This document shows, one piece after another, positions 11,629-24,869 of a DNA stretch of 64,000 bases (position 1 is the first letter of the stretch; every line of letters starts with the position of its first letter). The position numbers were made by a program, and so were the translations under genes. The stretch comes from the human T2T-CHM13v2.0 reference genome, Homo sapiens, in assembly GCF_009914755.1 (NCBI RefSeq), contig NC_060926.1, one strand, 5' to 3'. The notes below the pieces were generated by a model, which ran no database searches, had not been told where the DNA came from, and saw only the letters and a program-made list of their open reading frames with translations.

Positions 11629-14300
11629 AAAACACTTTGTGGCCCTACATATTCTTGGCTGCACTCAGATTTTCACATCATGTGTAAGGCTACCATCAAC
11701 ATGACTCCAATCAGCAGGATGGCACTAACCTACACTATTTACCTCAACCATGTCTGCCTTCCTCAGGTTTCCAGATTCAGCTACCTGAGCAAATCCTATA
11801 AATTTTAAAATATACCTTAAAAAGACACGTAACTTTCTCTTTAAGTCTCGCACTGACCTTTCCTCTTGTCCAAGGGAACTAATCCAGGTACACCAGGGTA
11901 TATTAGATTCCACGGGTTTCACCTTGGTCTCAAAGACGGATGCATAGGACAATACTGTTCTGCATAAGAGTCTTGCCAGTGAGTTGAGGTGACATAAATG
12001 CCTCTGTTTCCATAATGGTGTCATTGATAATTTCACCTAAAATCAGGGACACATTTATTATCACTATTTCTAATTGGATAGTATCAGTTATAAAGATAAC
12101 CACCCACAGAGTGCACAGAAACATTCAGTCATTTCTTCCTCCTGGAAGCTCCTTGAATAGTGGCCTTTTCCAGAGAGATTTCCACATTGATCTGAGGACT
12201 ACAGGATTGATTAGTGGCGTTTCATTAAACATTTGAAGGGCTCTTATTACCATTCCTTGGGTACAGGTTACAGCAGGCTTGGGGGGAAGAAAGTTAATGC
12301 CTAGCATTCACAGAAATAGTACAATCTTGGTGACACACATAGCACCCTTGGAGGGAAAATGTTAATTACAATAGTCGTTCACCCAATGTGTGACCTACAT
12401 CAGTCAAGGACACAGGTTGACAATGCCTCTGATGTGGCTTCCTGGCTAGGTTGTAAACCTTAAGGTCTCCAATTCAGCTAAGACTTTGTCTTTGGAGGGA
12501 TAACCTGAGAACAGCAGTCTGACCTATAATATTTGTCTATACCAACTACCAGGTGGCATTTATCTATCCCATGGGATGATCCACTGATACAAATGGGGAT
12601 GGAGATGAGAAGACATCTAGAGGTGGTGACAGGTGTTTTACATTGGAGCTACAGGAGCTAGGGTTGCCTCTTAATGTTTCTGATTGACTCCTTGGTAAAC
12701 TTAGAGACTGGTGATCAAGTCATGGCCACCACCACCTGGTGAAGAGTGGCAGATCTAAGAGTTGTTTAAATTTAAACAGCTTGCTATCCTGTAGGAGAGA
12801 TGCACTGGGACACTGGGATGTGTTTCTTTGTGAGGAAGGCACCAGGGTGGCTCTGAAAGACAAAAAGATCGTTAGTGTCTCTCCCCACTCTATCCCTCTT
12901 GGGTTCTAAGGTGTTTCCTCCCCAGGTGTTGGAGTTGGTGCTCTCTCTGTACTCCCCCAGCATCAGTGTGTCTCATTCTAGTACCCATAAACTCAACTTT
13001 TCCTCAATTATAATCTACCTGCACCCAGATCTTGCATCTGGAGTGTCAAATGGAAGAGGGATAAGGGCATTTAAATTTTTTTTTTTTTTTTGAGACATAG
13101 TCTTACTCTGTCACACAGGCTGGAGTGCAGTGGAACAATCTCGGTTTATTTCAACCTCTGCCTCCCAGGTTCAGGCAATTCTCCCTGCCTCAGCCTCCTA
13201 AGTAGCTGGGACTACAGGCACATGCCACCATGCCTGGCTAATTTTTGTATTTTAGTAGAGATGGCGTTTCACCATGTTGGCTAGGGTGGTCTTGAACTCC
13301 TGACCTCAGGTGATCCACCTGCCTCAGCCTCTCAAAGTGCTGGGATTACAGGGGTGAGCCACCACACTCGGCGGGATAAGGGCATTTAAATAAAATGTGT
13401 TGAGGTGGATTACACTCTCCTACCTTGCCTCATGTGGGCCTCTATCACAGACTCAGGATCAGTGCACTCAGTTAGTGATCATTATCCTTGTGACCTGAGA
13501 ACAATAACAACCCAACAAGACAATTCAGGTGGCTGAACAAGAATTAAGTGTTAGTTCCTTAGACCACCTTTGGTCCAGGTTGCCACCTAGTCTGAGTACT
13601 TACCAGGCTGGCTTGAGGTTGTTTTTAAGGGCAAAAAATTGCATCATGACCAAAAAATGCATGGTGGCATCCCAAATTTAAAAACTAGACTGATATAACT
13701 CTTCAACCATTTTTATTTTGATTATTACCCATGAGACAATCAAGAAAAAAATTAATCTTTTGGAGAAACTGCCATATTCTGTGACCAAATTGCCTTTACT
13801 AAAGTGTATGGATCAGGAGAAGGTGAAGGAGGTGGGGTCATGAATCTTTTTCTGTACATTTTTAAAAGACCATGCCAATTCTTAATGACATCAGCATTTA
13901 AGAATGAAAAGGGGTATGAAATGTCTGTCAGATACCTTGATTATTGGCCCACTGCTAGGTGACCTTTCTGACAAAAGTTGTATCATTGTCAGATGGAAAA
14001 AGGTCTGGAAAGCTAAAAGCATGACACAGTTCAGTTTCATGGGCCACAATGATGTAGCTGGAGTTTGGCTAATCAGCTTGGAATAGTAACAGTTTTCCTG
14101 ACCCCTCCCCACCCCACGAGCTCATTCCCTCAGATATAATCAGACCTAGACAGCTTTGGGTAGCCCGGTCCAGCAATGAGCACCTTACTGCATAGCAGAG
14201 GAAAGGCAAGAGAAGAAACCTGCAACTCCTGGTAAATCAACCAGGTTTTTTCTCCAGATCTCACCAGTCAGATAAGTCAGATAAGGAAAACCACCAATGA
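11629..14300 (-). mobile_element. Degenerate ERV internal region with env-TM (~11680-12110) and integrase-core (~13860-14020) remnants; interrupted by an Alu
   Basis: Manual minus-strand translation gives FSFPDLFPSDNDTTFVRKVT*QWANNQGI*QTFHTPFH / VIKNWHGLLK (rve-like) and LNSLAR / MQNSIVL / WCTWISSLGQEERS / VSAILLIGVMLMVAL (env TM-like). Confidence 0.75.
13077..13372 (-). mobile_element. Alu (AluSx-like) inserted in the ERV internal region
   Basis: Full dimer; TSD GGGATAAGGGCATTTAAAT at 13058-13076 and 13373-13391. Confidence 0.96.
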
Positions 14301-15085
14301 GAGGAGGTTTTCCATTAATGCTGAGAGATTAGAATTTTTATTTCATTACGGAGAAAACTGAGAAGAGCAGTGAATGATCTTACCTACAATAGGGCTGTGA
14401 AAATGAGTAGGCTGGGTAGTTGGCTAATTAAATGAGATAATCAGGTTAATTACCAAATTGAGAGGTAAAGTGAATTGTCTATAAAAGCAATTATCAGAAG
14501 CTCTCATACAAGGCAGAGAATAAGTAACATTGGATTGACAAAGAGTGGTCAGGTTTTCATTTTAGCACCGTCTACCACAGAAAGCCTTGGCTTGAGGTTT
14601 TCCTTTATTTACCGGTTTTCTATCATAGGCAGAAAGGTCCATTGTCTGTTTGTGAACTTGAAACAAAAACTTAAAGCAGTCTTGGTCATGTACTCATATA
14701 GAGCAATAACATACTTTGCAAAGTGGTATCTTATCCACAATAATTTTTTTGCCTAATACTCAAAAAGCAAACATTGCATAGCTAGTTTATGCAAGTTTTT
14801 ATACCTGTGTGTGAATATTATAAAGAAATAACATTGTCTATTTTACATATTGTATATGAAATTCTATATCATAGAAAATATTATATATATATATATATGC
14901 ACACACACATATATACTATCTGGATATACACACATACATGCATGCACAGATTTATTTTATTTACATTTTCCCAAAGTTCAGTTCAGTATCACATATATGG
15001 AACAATTATATGTGCAAGGCACTAAATACGGTTCTAACAATGATTAATATTGTTCCTCTCTCTCTTTCTCTCTCTCTCTCTGCCT

Positions 15086-15376
15086 ACTTTTTTAGAGAAA
15101 GGATCTCTCTCTGTTTCCCAGGCTGGAGTGCAGTGGCATAATCTCGGCTCACTGAGCCTTGACCTCCTGGGCTCAAGTGATCCTCCCACCTCAGCCTCCA
15201 CAGTAGCTGGGACTACAACTGTGTGCCACCACGCCTGACTAATTTTTTGTATTTTTTGTGGAGATGGGATTTCACCGTGTTGTCCAGGCTAGTCTTGAAC
15301 TCTTGGACTCAAGGGATTTGCCTGCCTCAGCCTCCCAAAGTGCTGGGATTACAGGCATGAGCCACGACACCCAGCC
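15086..15376 (-). mobile_element. Alu (AluJ-like)
   Basis: Full dimer with J-type features (gccttgacctcctgggctcaagtgatcctcccacc); (CT)n next to the tail. Confidence 0.93.
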
Positions 15377-16378
15377 ACTACTGTTCTCTACAATAAATTC
15401 AAGGAATAAGAAAAACAGGCAAGACAAGAACACTTTTGGAAAACATTTCCTACTAGATAAGATATCATAAGGGCCAATTATTGAATCAATTATTGAAAAC
15501 TAAGAGATCCAATACTTAAAATAATACTATTATAAGACTAGCCAGATCAGTTAATCAAAGTAGAAGAATGAAAAATAAATTTGGCATTTAACTGGCATTT
15601 CAAATCTATTTTTATTTAAAAAAATCATTAAGTGGTACCATAACAGTTGGCTTACTATTTGAAAAACTAGTCAAAAATATATCAAATCAAACTACAGATG
15701 AATTAAAAAATAAAAATGAAACCAAAATTCATTAGCTAGAAATATAATTGAAGTATTTATCTGAGCTCAATGTGGCTAAGCTATTTCTCAGGCTAGTAAA
15801 ATTTAAGAAACTGCAATGGCTAAAGACTGATATCTAAATACATATAACTTTCTTTCCTGGCAAATGATCTCAGACTCATATAAAACTTTGTCAGAATAAA
15901 GATATTTTATTTGCCAGTGCTAATGGATGATCCTTTTACTATCCAAAGTTAAATGTTATTTTAGATCACACTGTTGGAATGTCTCTTGCATTCTCTTGTC
16001 CAAATGAAAATAGGATGACTAGGTTTGTTCCTGTGTGGGATAAAGCTTGAACAACTTTCTTCACCTTCATATATTTATTACATTTATTGTATGCTTAATA
16101 TGTACCAAGTACAACTCTGGGAAAATCAGGATGTACACATCCAGAAACTTACGCAGTTATGCAGTAGGGGTGTGGCTTGGGGTTATCTCCTCCCCCATAC
16201 CTTCTAAATCTTCTGGAATGCATGGCCGGAAGAGGGCTAGGAGACGTGGCATATGTCAAACGACAGGTTATATTAAAATGTGATAGGAGGGTGGTGGCTC
16301 AAAACTGGTTCCATATGCTCTTGGAGTCTCTGCCAATGAAATACCTCCTCAGGAAAGATAAGTGTTCTGGGGACAGTT

Positions 16379-16586
16379 TTCAGCGATTTTTCTGCCTCCG
16401 CCTCCCAAGTAGCTGGGACCACAGGTGCGCACCACCATGCCTGGCTAAATTTTTGTTTTTGTATTTTTAGTAGAGTTGGGGTTTCACCATGTTGGCCAGG
16501 CTGGTCTCGAACTCCTGACCTTGTGATCCGCCCACCTTGGCCTCCCAAAGTGCTGGGATTACAGGCATGAACCACTGTGCCCGGCC
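16379..16586 (-). mobile_element. Alu (AluS) lacking its 3' ~85 bp and polyA
   Basis: Starts abruptly at cagcgatttttctgcctccgcctcccaagtagc and runs to the 5' end gcccggcc. Confidence 0.92.
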
Positions 16587-17894
16587 CAATCTATCACTTT
16601 CTTAGAGGGGGAAACTTTGTTCCTGTTTGTCCCTATCAATTCATGAGCCCTCACTCCACTATACCATTGTTACTTCCTGTCCTAATCCCATGAGCTCTAG
16701 CAAGCCTTTGGTCTCCAGAAACATCTAGTTAAGAAGCAAATTTCAGTGTGTTTTTCAGCCATCTTAGGGAAATGGGATAGAGGAAGACAAATTGTAGGTT
16801 TGTAGCAGAGATGGGTGGTATTTTACTTAATTCTGCCACATTTAATACACTAACCTTGGAATATACTAGCAGGGTCTGCTCCCTGTTCTTTCACATTCTC
16901 TTTAGAATAAAAGATACTTAAAGCCTCCTGTGTTTCCAGGTCGTTCACCAGTTTTCAATTGTTGGGCAAAGAAAAAAGTCCTGTTCAGCATCCGTTTCTA
17001 CCAGTGACAACTAAACAAAATTCTTTAAGAGGAAAATGATCTCATTTACCAGAAGTACAAAATAACTTGGAATAACCTTGAAAATAAATGTTTAAGATGC
17101 ATTTTAAGAGCATTGCAAAAAATAATTGGGTGACATTTATGTATTCCTTTGATAAATGCTTACTGAGTGATTATTGTACAAAAAACTTTGAATACCATTG
17201 CCCTGGATGAGAAGAGTCAATATTATAAAGGTAAAACTTGGCTCAGATTTATCTCTAAAATTAATATAATTTTAATCCAAAGCCCAGTAGAACCAAGCAG
17301 ACACTTATATAATCAAGAAAATTTTGACAGACTGCCTTGTCATGGTGTGTAGGACACAGAATATATCCAACTTTTAGGTGAAAAAGAAGAGTTAGGACAA
17401 AAATTATAATATATATACACTTTTAATTTTAAAAGAGTCTTTAAAAAATCTCTAGCTAAGCTTTCCTGATCTACCATTGCTAATTCATGACTTTTCTATT
17501 GTGAAAGCTGTAGAATCTTCTGAATTCTGTTGAGAAGACAAATTAGAAACTTTCTCAAGTTGCTTGGAATTTCTTGTAGGACATTGATTTCGTCGTAAAG
17601 CAGTGGTTCTGATCTCCAGAGTAACCCCCTTCTTTTAGACTAAAGAATTTTTTTAAAAATCTGGGGAACTTTCTGTTTTTTCATTCATACAGGTGCAGTA
17701 TAATATTGGGAGTTGATATAGGCTTTTCAAATGTTTGTTTTGATTTATTTTGGCTCTCCTATAACGAGGTTAAAAAATATAAAAACAGTTTATCTATAAT
17801 TTGCTTTGCTAGGTCATATGTCAAATTGCCTGTGAATAAAGCCGGAAAAAGGGCAGTAAAAGCTTCATTCTAGATATTGTATAAAATAATCGTA

Positions 17895-18115
17895 AGTAAG
17901 ATTTATTGAGCACTTTGTGTATATCTTATATAGTATATCTTATATATGTTAGTGTTTTACATTTAGTGTATTCACTAATACAGGCAGTATCCACAGGTAA
18001 GTATTGTGATCATTCCTGTTTTTCAAATGCAGAAACTGATGTTAGTAAGGGTAACTCATTAACCCAGGTTACACAGCTAGTTAGTAGCTAGAACTCACTC
18101 CTAATCACTATGTTG
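17895..18115. mobile_element. MIR fragment
   Basis: atttattgagcactt...aaatgcagaaactga...aacccaggttacacagctagttag. Confidence 0.7.
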
Positions 18116-19350
18116 GATTGCTAAAGAGTTTCATTCATAACTTAGTAGTTAGCAGGGCCGATCACATCTTTTTTTTCTAGTCTACTTGCCCTCTTTAGTA
18201 ACTAGCTTGCAGTTGTGCTTCATTTTCTGCCAGGCACAGAGATCTTTTCTACATGCAAATTATGGGAAGCTCTGCGAAGCTTCTGTTTGAAGCGTTGCTG
18301 ATAAGAACCCCCATCCATAATCTCTGCAAGATTATGTTGTTAATGGTACCCTGAGTTCTGCTCCACTTGTTTCTCAAACAAACATTTTCATCATGCATGG
18401 AGCCCTGGATCAAAGTGGCCTTTCCATCCTCTGGTTCTTTCTATACTCTATTTAGCAGAAATTACTTCTATTAGAATCCAAAGTTTAATTTTTTTTTCTT
18501 TTTCTTATGTTGTTGACTGCTTCAGTGAATTCTGGTAGAACATAGGTTTAGATGGATATGGTAATTTGCCACTTTTCAAGACATTTGTTATTATTTGGGA
18601 TGTTTTATCATTGGTTTAGCAAAATATGTATTATGTAAATTTGTACTATGTAAAATATGTAATATAAATTATCTTGATACTATCCAGTCAGCTGAATCAA
18701 ATTTCATATCTAGAGATCAAAATGTGTAACTCTTGTTATGGACCTTATAAATGCAACCTTTGTGCCCTAAGGATACAATGTTAACACTGTGTGAGAGAGA
18801 GCTTTAGTTATAGGCCGTGATGATGTCAACTGGCATCTTCCTCACATAGAACAATGCTTTACACTCTTACTGAACCAGAGATAAATGCATTATCCCTTTA
18901 ATGTTATGTTTCAATATTGGGTTTACATGCCCAGATAAATAGTCACAAGTTGTAGCCTTTAAAAATGTGTATATTCATCAACCAGTTGTGTGGTCCACAT
19001 ATTTGCCACTGACTGGTCAATTGCTACACTTCTCCAACAATGTCTTAAATTCTAGTCTCATCACATTCTCTCCTACCTTGTCATTACTTCCTCAACAGTT
19101 CTGTTAATATTATTGCTTAACATACATTTTTAAAGGTTTAATTTTCTTTTTAAAACTAAATTTAGTAACTAATTTTGTTGTTCACCTAACTGTGTGACTT
19201 TTGACATAAGGTGACAGCTCTATTCCCAGGGCACATGCAATACTATAAATAACTAGCAAATCTTTTAAATATATAGTGTCTAATATAACGTATAAGTATA
19301 CAAATATTATAATCCTCAAAGTATGTATCAGGTATAAAATGAAGTATTTT

Positions 19351-19707
<357 letters not shown>

Positions 19708-20739
19708 TTACAAAAATCATTTTTACTCACCTTTTAATCTTTTTATTTTATAATTATCTCTGTAGAACTGCCTTCACAGGCCTTCAGGTAAAAATTTGTA
19801 ATCAATGACTTTATATGCATTATTATGAAAGGTGACACCCAGGAACATTTTGTAATCTTTGTTAAGTTCTAAGTTCTAAGAATAAAGTGGTAGAAACAAC
19901 ATTTACTCTAAGACAGGAAATTTAACAGTTAATACTTTTAGAGCCAGAAAGCAATTCTGGAAAAGATTACAACTGTAAGTAGGTAAGACAGTTAAAGCAG
20001 GCACCATGATTTGCACAAAAGCAAGGCTTGTGTGTATACGGTATGCTGAAAGTGCAGGAATAGCTGCTCCTATCCCTAGGAGTCAAGCAAATACAACAGT
20101 TGAATTGCCTAATTTGTTTGACTTCTTTTCAATATAAACATTTCCTTTAAAGCCATATCTCTATAGAAATTATTTTTTTCTGTATCTTTTTTTTTCTCCT
20201 TAAGGAAGAGAGCCTTCTCAACTTCTTCAATATGTGTTTCAACTTTAACTAAATCCTAAAAAGGTAAACATACATGGTTATTAATTCAGGTATAGACAAT
20301 ACTCAGGAATTTAAAAAATCCTCAATGGCTAATTCTATTCCAAAGATCTATATCAATAATTGGTAATAGCAAGCAGGAACTGCATCTTTTGTTCAGTTCT
20401 TTTTTATCTCCTCTTTTTTCCTTTTGAATCTGCATTAGACATTAATATTGATTGTGCAGTCAGCTTTCAATGTTGTCCTTTGTAATTTATTTATAGGACT
20501 ATCACACATGCCCATGTTTACCAGAAAGAATCAATGACTAAATGGATGGAAAATGTATTAATTAACCCAGTATAGAACTTGTGTGTACTTATGCATAGGC
20601 ATATATGAAGTGCTCATGCATTTTGACTCGTGAGAGAAATGCCCTTCCTGTCTTCCTTGTATATTATATGTTTTCTGTTAATCTATGAGGCCTGCATAAG
20701 CAGACTCTTTACTTGTTCCCTGATTCAATTCTTAATATT

Positions 20740-21115
20740 CATTGCCTCACTGCAGGCCCTTCAGCCATACTGGACAGAATACTGCTGTTCTTACTTACCA
20801 AGCCTGTATCCATCTCAGGGTCTTTTCATTTACTGTCCTTTTGCTGAAACCCAGTTCTTCCACATATTTCCATGGTTTTCCTTGTTCCCTTTATTTACGT
20901 ACCTACTCATCAGGGAAGTGTTTCTTGGCAGCCAGAATATAAATGTGTGTCCCACCATAGTGTTTTAGTATTTTTCAGAGAGCTGATCACTGCCTGCAAG
21001 CCAATTATTTGTTTGCTTGCTTACTTTTTTTCTCTTTTCATTAGAATGCAAACTTCATGAGGGTGTTGCTCTGCCTCGCATGTAGTAGATTCGCAAAACT
21101 GTGAATGATATAATG
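20740..21115. mobile_element. L2 3' fragment
   Basis: cagccatactggac...ctcagggtctttt...attagaatgcaaacttcatgagggt...gtagattcgcaaaactgtgaatg. Confidence 0.6.
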
Positions 21116-21815
21116 AAGAAAACCTTTATTTGAAATTCAGAACATTCTTAAATACAAAGGAGTAAATTACTTAACATGATCAAACAGTTAAAAAATTTTA
21201 TAAAAGTAGCTGCAGTAAGTGAGTTAAAAATGCCTTACACAATATTATGCAAAAAGAATATTGGTTGTTGGGACTTGATCAAAGTCTTAAAAAAGTTGCT
21301 CATTTAAAAATAGCTTCTACACTACAGTTTGGATGTCACTGATTAAAAAGGAAAAAAGCGTCATCATTTGGTTTTTGTTTTTGACCTGTTTTTAACTTTT
21401 CCTTTTATGCAACATGCATTTTAGAATGCCTGCTATGTCACGTAGTATAGTATATGAATAAATGAAATCCCAAAGCTGGAGGAGCTCATTTCTATTTGGA
21501 AATAAAAGCACATTCACAAATACTTTAAAGGCTTGTGAACTGGTGAAAACAGAAAAGCACTGACAACTGGCCATAATAAAAGTTATACATATGGTGTTTA
21601 ATACATACAAATAATTATATATTGGTAGGCTCTATCTTTATAAATTCGGACCATAAAATAATGGATAGAAAATTTTTGAATACATCAGCAGATGTCATAG
21701 CAAATAACTTTCACCATTAAACTTTCAGTTTATGTAAGCCTTAGGAAAAACTGATTTTCCTGAGGTGATGTTTGCATGTAAGTATTAATAATTATTCTGT
21801 ACACACATTCTAAAA

Positions 21816-21862
21816 TATGGATGTAAAGTGTATGGATGTAAAGTGTATGGATGTAAAGTGTA
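21816..21862. repeat. Tandem repeat (TATGGATGTAAAGTG)x3
   Basis: Three exact 15-bp units at 21816, 21831 and 21846. Confidence 0.97.
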
Positions 21863-22534
21863 GCCCTTCTATCCTTATCGCAATTTCTCATTGGCCTTTA
21901 CATTAATCATGGATATTAGTTTCATATCTGAAAGATAAAGCCCTGTGAGTAATTTTAAATAGTTTATGACTTTATTTTTCTTCTTCTGGCAAGTCATTTG
22001 GCCCTGAGGCATTATATCATATCTATGGCAGTCCTCAGTTGTAAAAATTATTAATGTGAGGAAACAAAAATAACACAATCATTTGAGTGCATTAATTGCA
22101 TTCAAGATACAATCCTTTTCTTCCCCCTGATAATAAGAACCTATGTTTGGTTTTCTTCCCATTAATTTCATACTTCTTTTGCATTCCAATAATAACCTGT
22201 AGTCTGCAGCCTTAATCATGATAAGCAGTCTCAAATCACTTTATTTCATCACAGTGTTGGATAAACACTTCTGATTTAAATTTCAATAATTCTACATTAG
22301 CAGTGCTGATAGGAGCCTTCAATGTCTGATGGAAATTCTGCACAGGGATTACTTAGTAATTATTGGTTTCACTGAGGTTTATGTTAGAGCTGGAGTTAGC
22401 TTTTTTGCCAGAAATCCAAGCCCCAGAGAGCAAGCTGGGCCAAGTTTGCACAATCACTGCTGTTCACCTATTAGATGTGTCACAAAAAATGAAATTAAAG
22501 TCTCTCTAATGAGTGATCAAACTGTTTAAAAACC

Positions 22535-22800
22535 TCATAGAATTTTAGGATTATGGAAATTTAAAGAAGAGACAGCTCTATTAGGTTATCTAATCAACCT
22601 ACCTCCCCTCTCTTTCTCTTAAGGGACTGTTCTTTAATGCCATTTTTGATTATTTTGTCTAGTCAACTGAAATGATTTGGTCCATAAGACTTCTATAATT
22701 CCCCCAGGATAACTTTCCCTGCTCTAATAGATTTCATTGTTAGGAAGTGCTTCCTAATAACTAAACCTTCCCATTCATCCCCTTTAATTCATGCCATTCT
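22535..22800. mobile_element. Possible ancient CR1/L3 fragment
   Basis: catagaattttagg...; ctctaatagatttcattgttaggaagtgcttcctaataactaaacc resembles the CR1/L3 3' region. Confidence 0.45.
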
Positions 22801-23910
22801 CGTATTTTAACCTTTGTTTTACTGTCCATTAGTTCCTGTACCTTGTATAAAACCCACATCCCAAATAAGTTTTGCCTTTATCCCATTGAGATTTAAAGCA
22901 TGGTCAATAAAAACGTGTCCAACGATGTCATATTTATTAATCAAATAAGAAATTTTCTTATTTCGTGTCTTGTAGAAACTGATATAATCATTTTTATACT
23001 ATTATCTCTCTCTCCATGTTCTTATATGAAAATCATGAGCCACACTTGATCATGCAAAGCTATTTGCACCCCCTTTTTGGTGGAAGAAAAGTTAGAATAA
23101 ATATTCCCTTTATTATGTATTAACTTATATATGATATATGGGTATATATGGTATGATAAAAGTATACTTCATTTCCTGATACTTTTATCATACCATATGT
23201 AACCTTGGACTCCTCTAGGTTGTGGGGAATAACATAGCCTTCCTCAATTTCTGAAATTCTTCGAAGTATGGGTCTTGGATTGGAGTTAACATTGAAAATA
23301 TTTTCCCACTGAAATGGCTAGGGAGGGAAACTAGATACATGTTTTTTTTTATTTTGACACAAACTAGTTGTTTGCATCCTGTCATAGACCAGTGTTGTTC
23401 AAAAGAAACATCTACTTCTCCATCTGGAGAACAGAAGAATTGAGACAGCATCATTATTACTTTGTTTTATTTAGCAGTCATTTGCATCAAACATTTTCCT
23501 AAGTGTTTTACATGTGATATCTCAGTTATTTCTCAGAATTCCAACTACAGGTATTATTACCTTTTGTCAGATGAAGAAACTGAAGCTTAGAGAGACCCTA
23601 GAAAAGTCATACACCTAAAAAAATGTCTGATTCTAAATACTGGTTTTAACCTCACTACTATGCTGCCATTCTATACTTATTTTGAAACTTTAAAAAGAAA
23701 TTGTAATGACAAGAGTATTCAGTTATTTAAGAAACTATTGTTTTCTTTAATTGGTCTGTGATTACATGCATGGAAGTTTCAAAACATCTGAAAAGCTTCA
23801 GTGTGGACAAAGCACAACTGATGCTTTTGACATTTTGTCCATTTTGTTAGAATTCAGCAGCCAGCTAAACATAATAGAAATCCAATAGAGCTTGAGCTGT
23901 AGCTGCAAAA

Positions 23911-23947
<37 letters not shown>

Positions 23948-24020
23948 CATCTTGTGAAATTCTACTGCAGGCCATCAGGGATTGCCAGGCAGTCCTTGCA
24001 ATAGCAAGATAATGAGGCAA

Positions 24021-24150
24021 GGCCAGAGTGTGTCTATAATCCCAGCTACTCTGAAAGCAGAGGCAGGATTGCTGGAGCCTAAGAGTTCGAGACCAGCCTG
24101 AGAGACATAGTGAAACCATGTCTTTGAAAAAGTAAAGAAAAGAAAAAAAG
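24021..24150 (+). mobile_element. Alu monomer (FLAM-like)
   Basis: ggccagagtgtgtctataatcccagctactc...gagttcgagaccagcctg... followed by an A-rich tail. Confidence 0.8.
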
Positions 24151-24432
24151 ACCATGAGATAACTATTGCACCTCAGCATATAGTGAATGAAAGGTATGAC
24201 CAGAGGCTGAAATGGGCCCAGAACTTTGTCCTAGTTTCATGGCCAAGCAAATGTTATAAAATGTAAACTTTTAAAAAACTTTTTATTGTTAGGGTTTGCA
24301 AACAAACACAAATGTGGAGATGATGTTATAGTAAACTGTCATATACCCATCCTCAGATTCAATCAGTATCAGTGACAAATAATCAATGCTTAATTTTCTT
24401 TTTTCTGTTGAATTTTTAAGTTGAACCTTTAG

Positions 24433-24869
<437 letters not shown>

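Noticed and set aside
12730-12745. CTCF-like motif caccacctggtga (also partial matches at ~13581 and ~54661)
   Set aside because: Key positions mismatch; cannot be supported without PWM scoring or ChIP data.
12763-12778. 16-bp palindrome TGTTTAAATTTAAACA in the ERV
   Set aside because: 8-bp AT-rich arms are expected by chance in a window of this size and composition.
21816-21862. Short direct repeats (here and at 40421) as CRISPR-like arrays
   Set aside because: Units are contiguous with no unique spacers, the context is eukaryotic and there are no cas genes.
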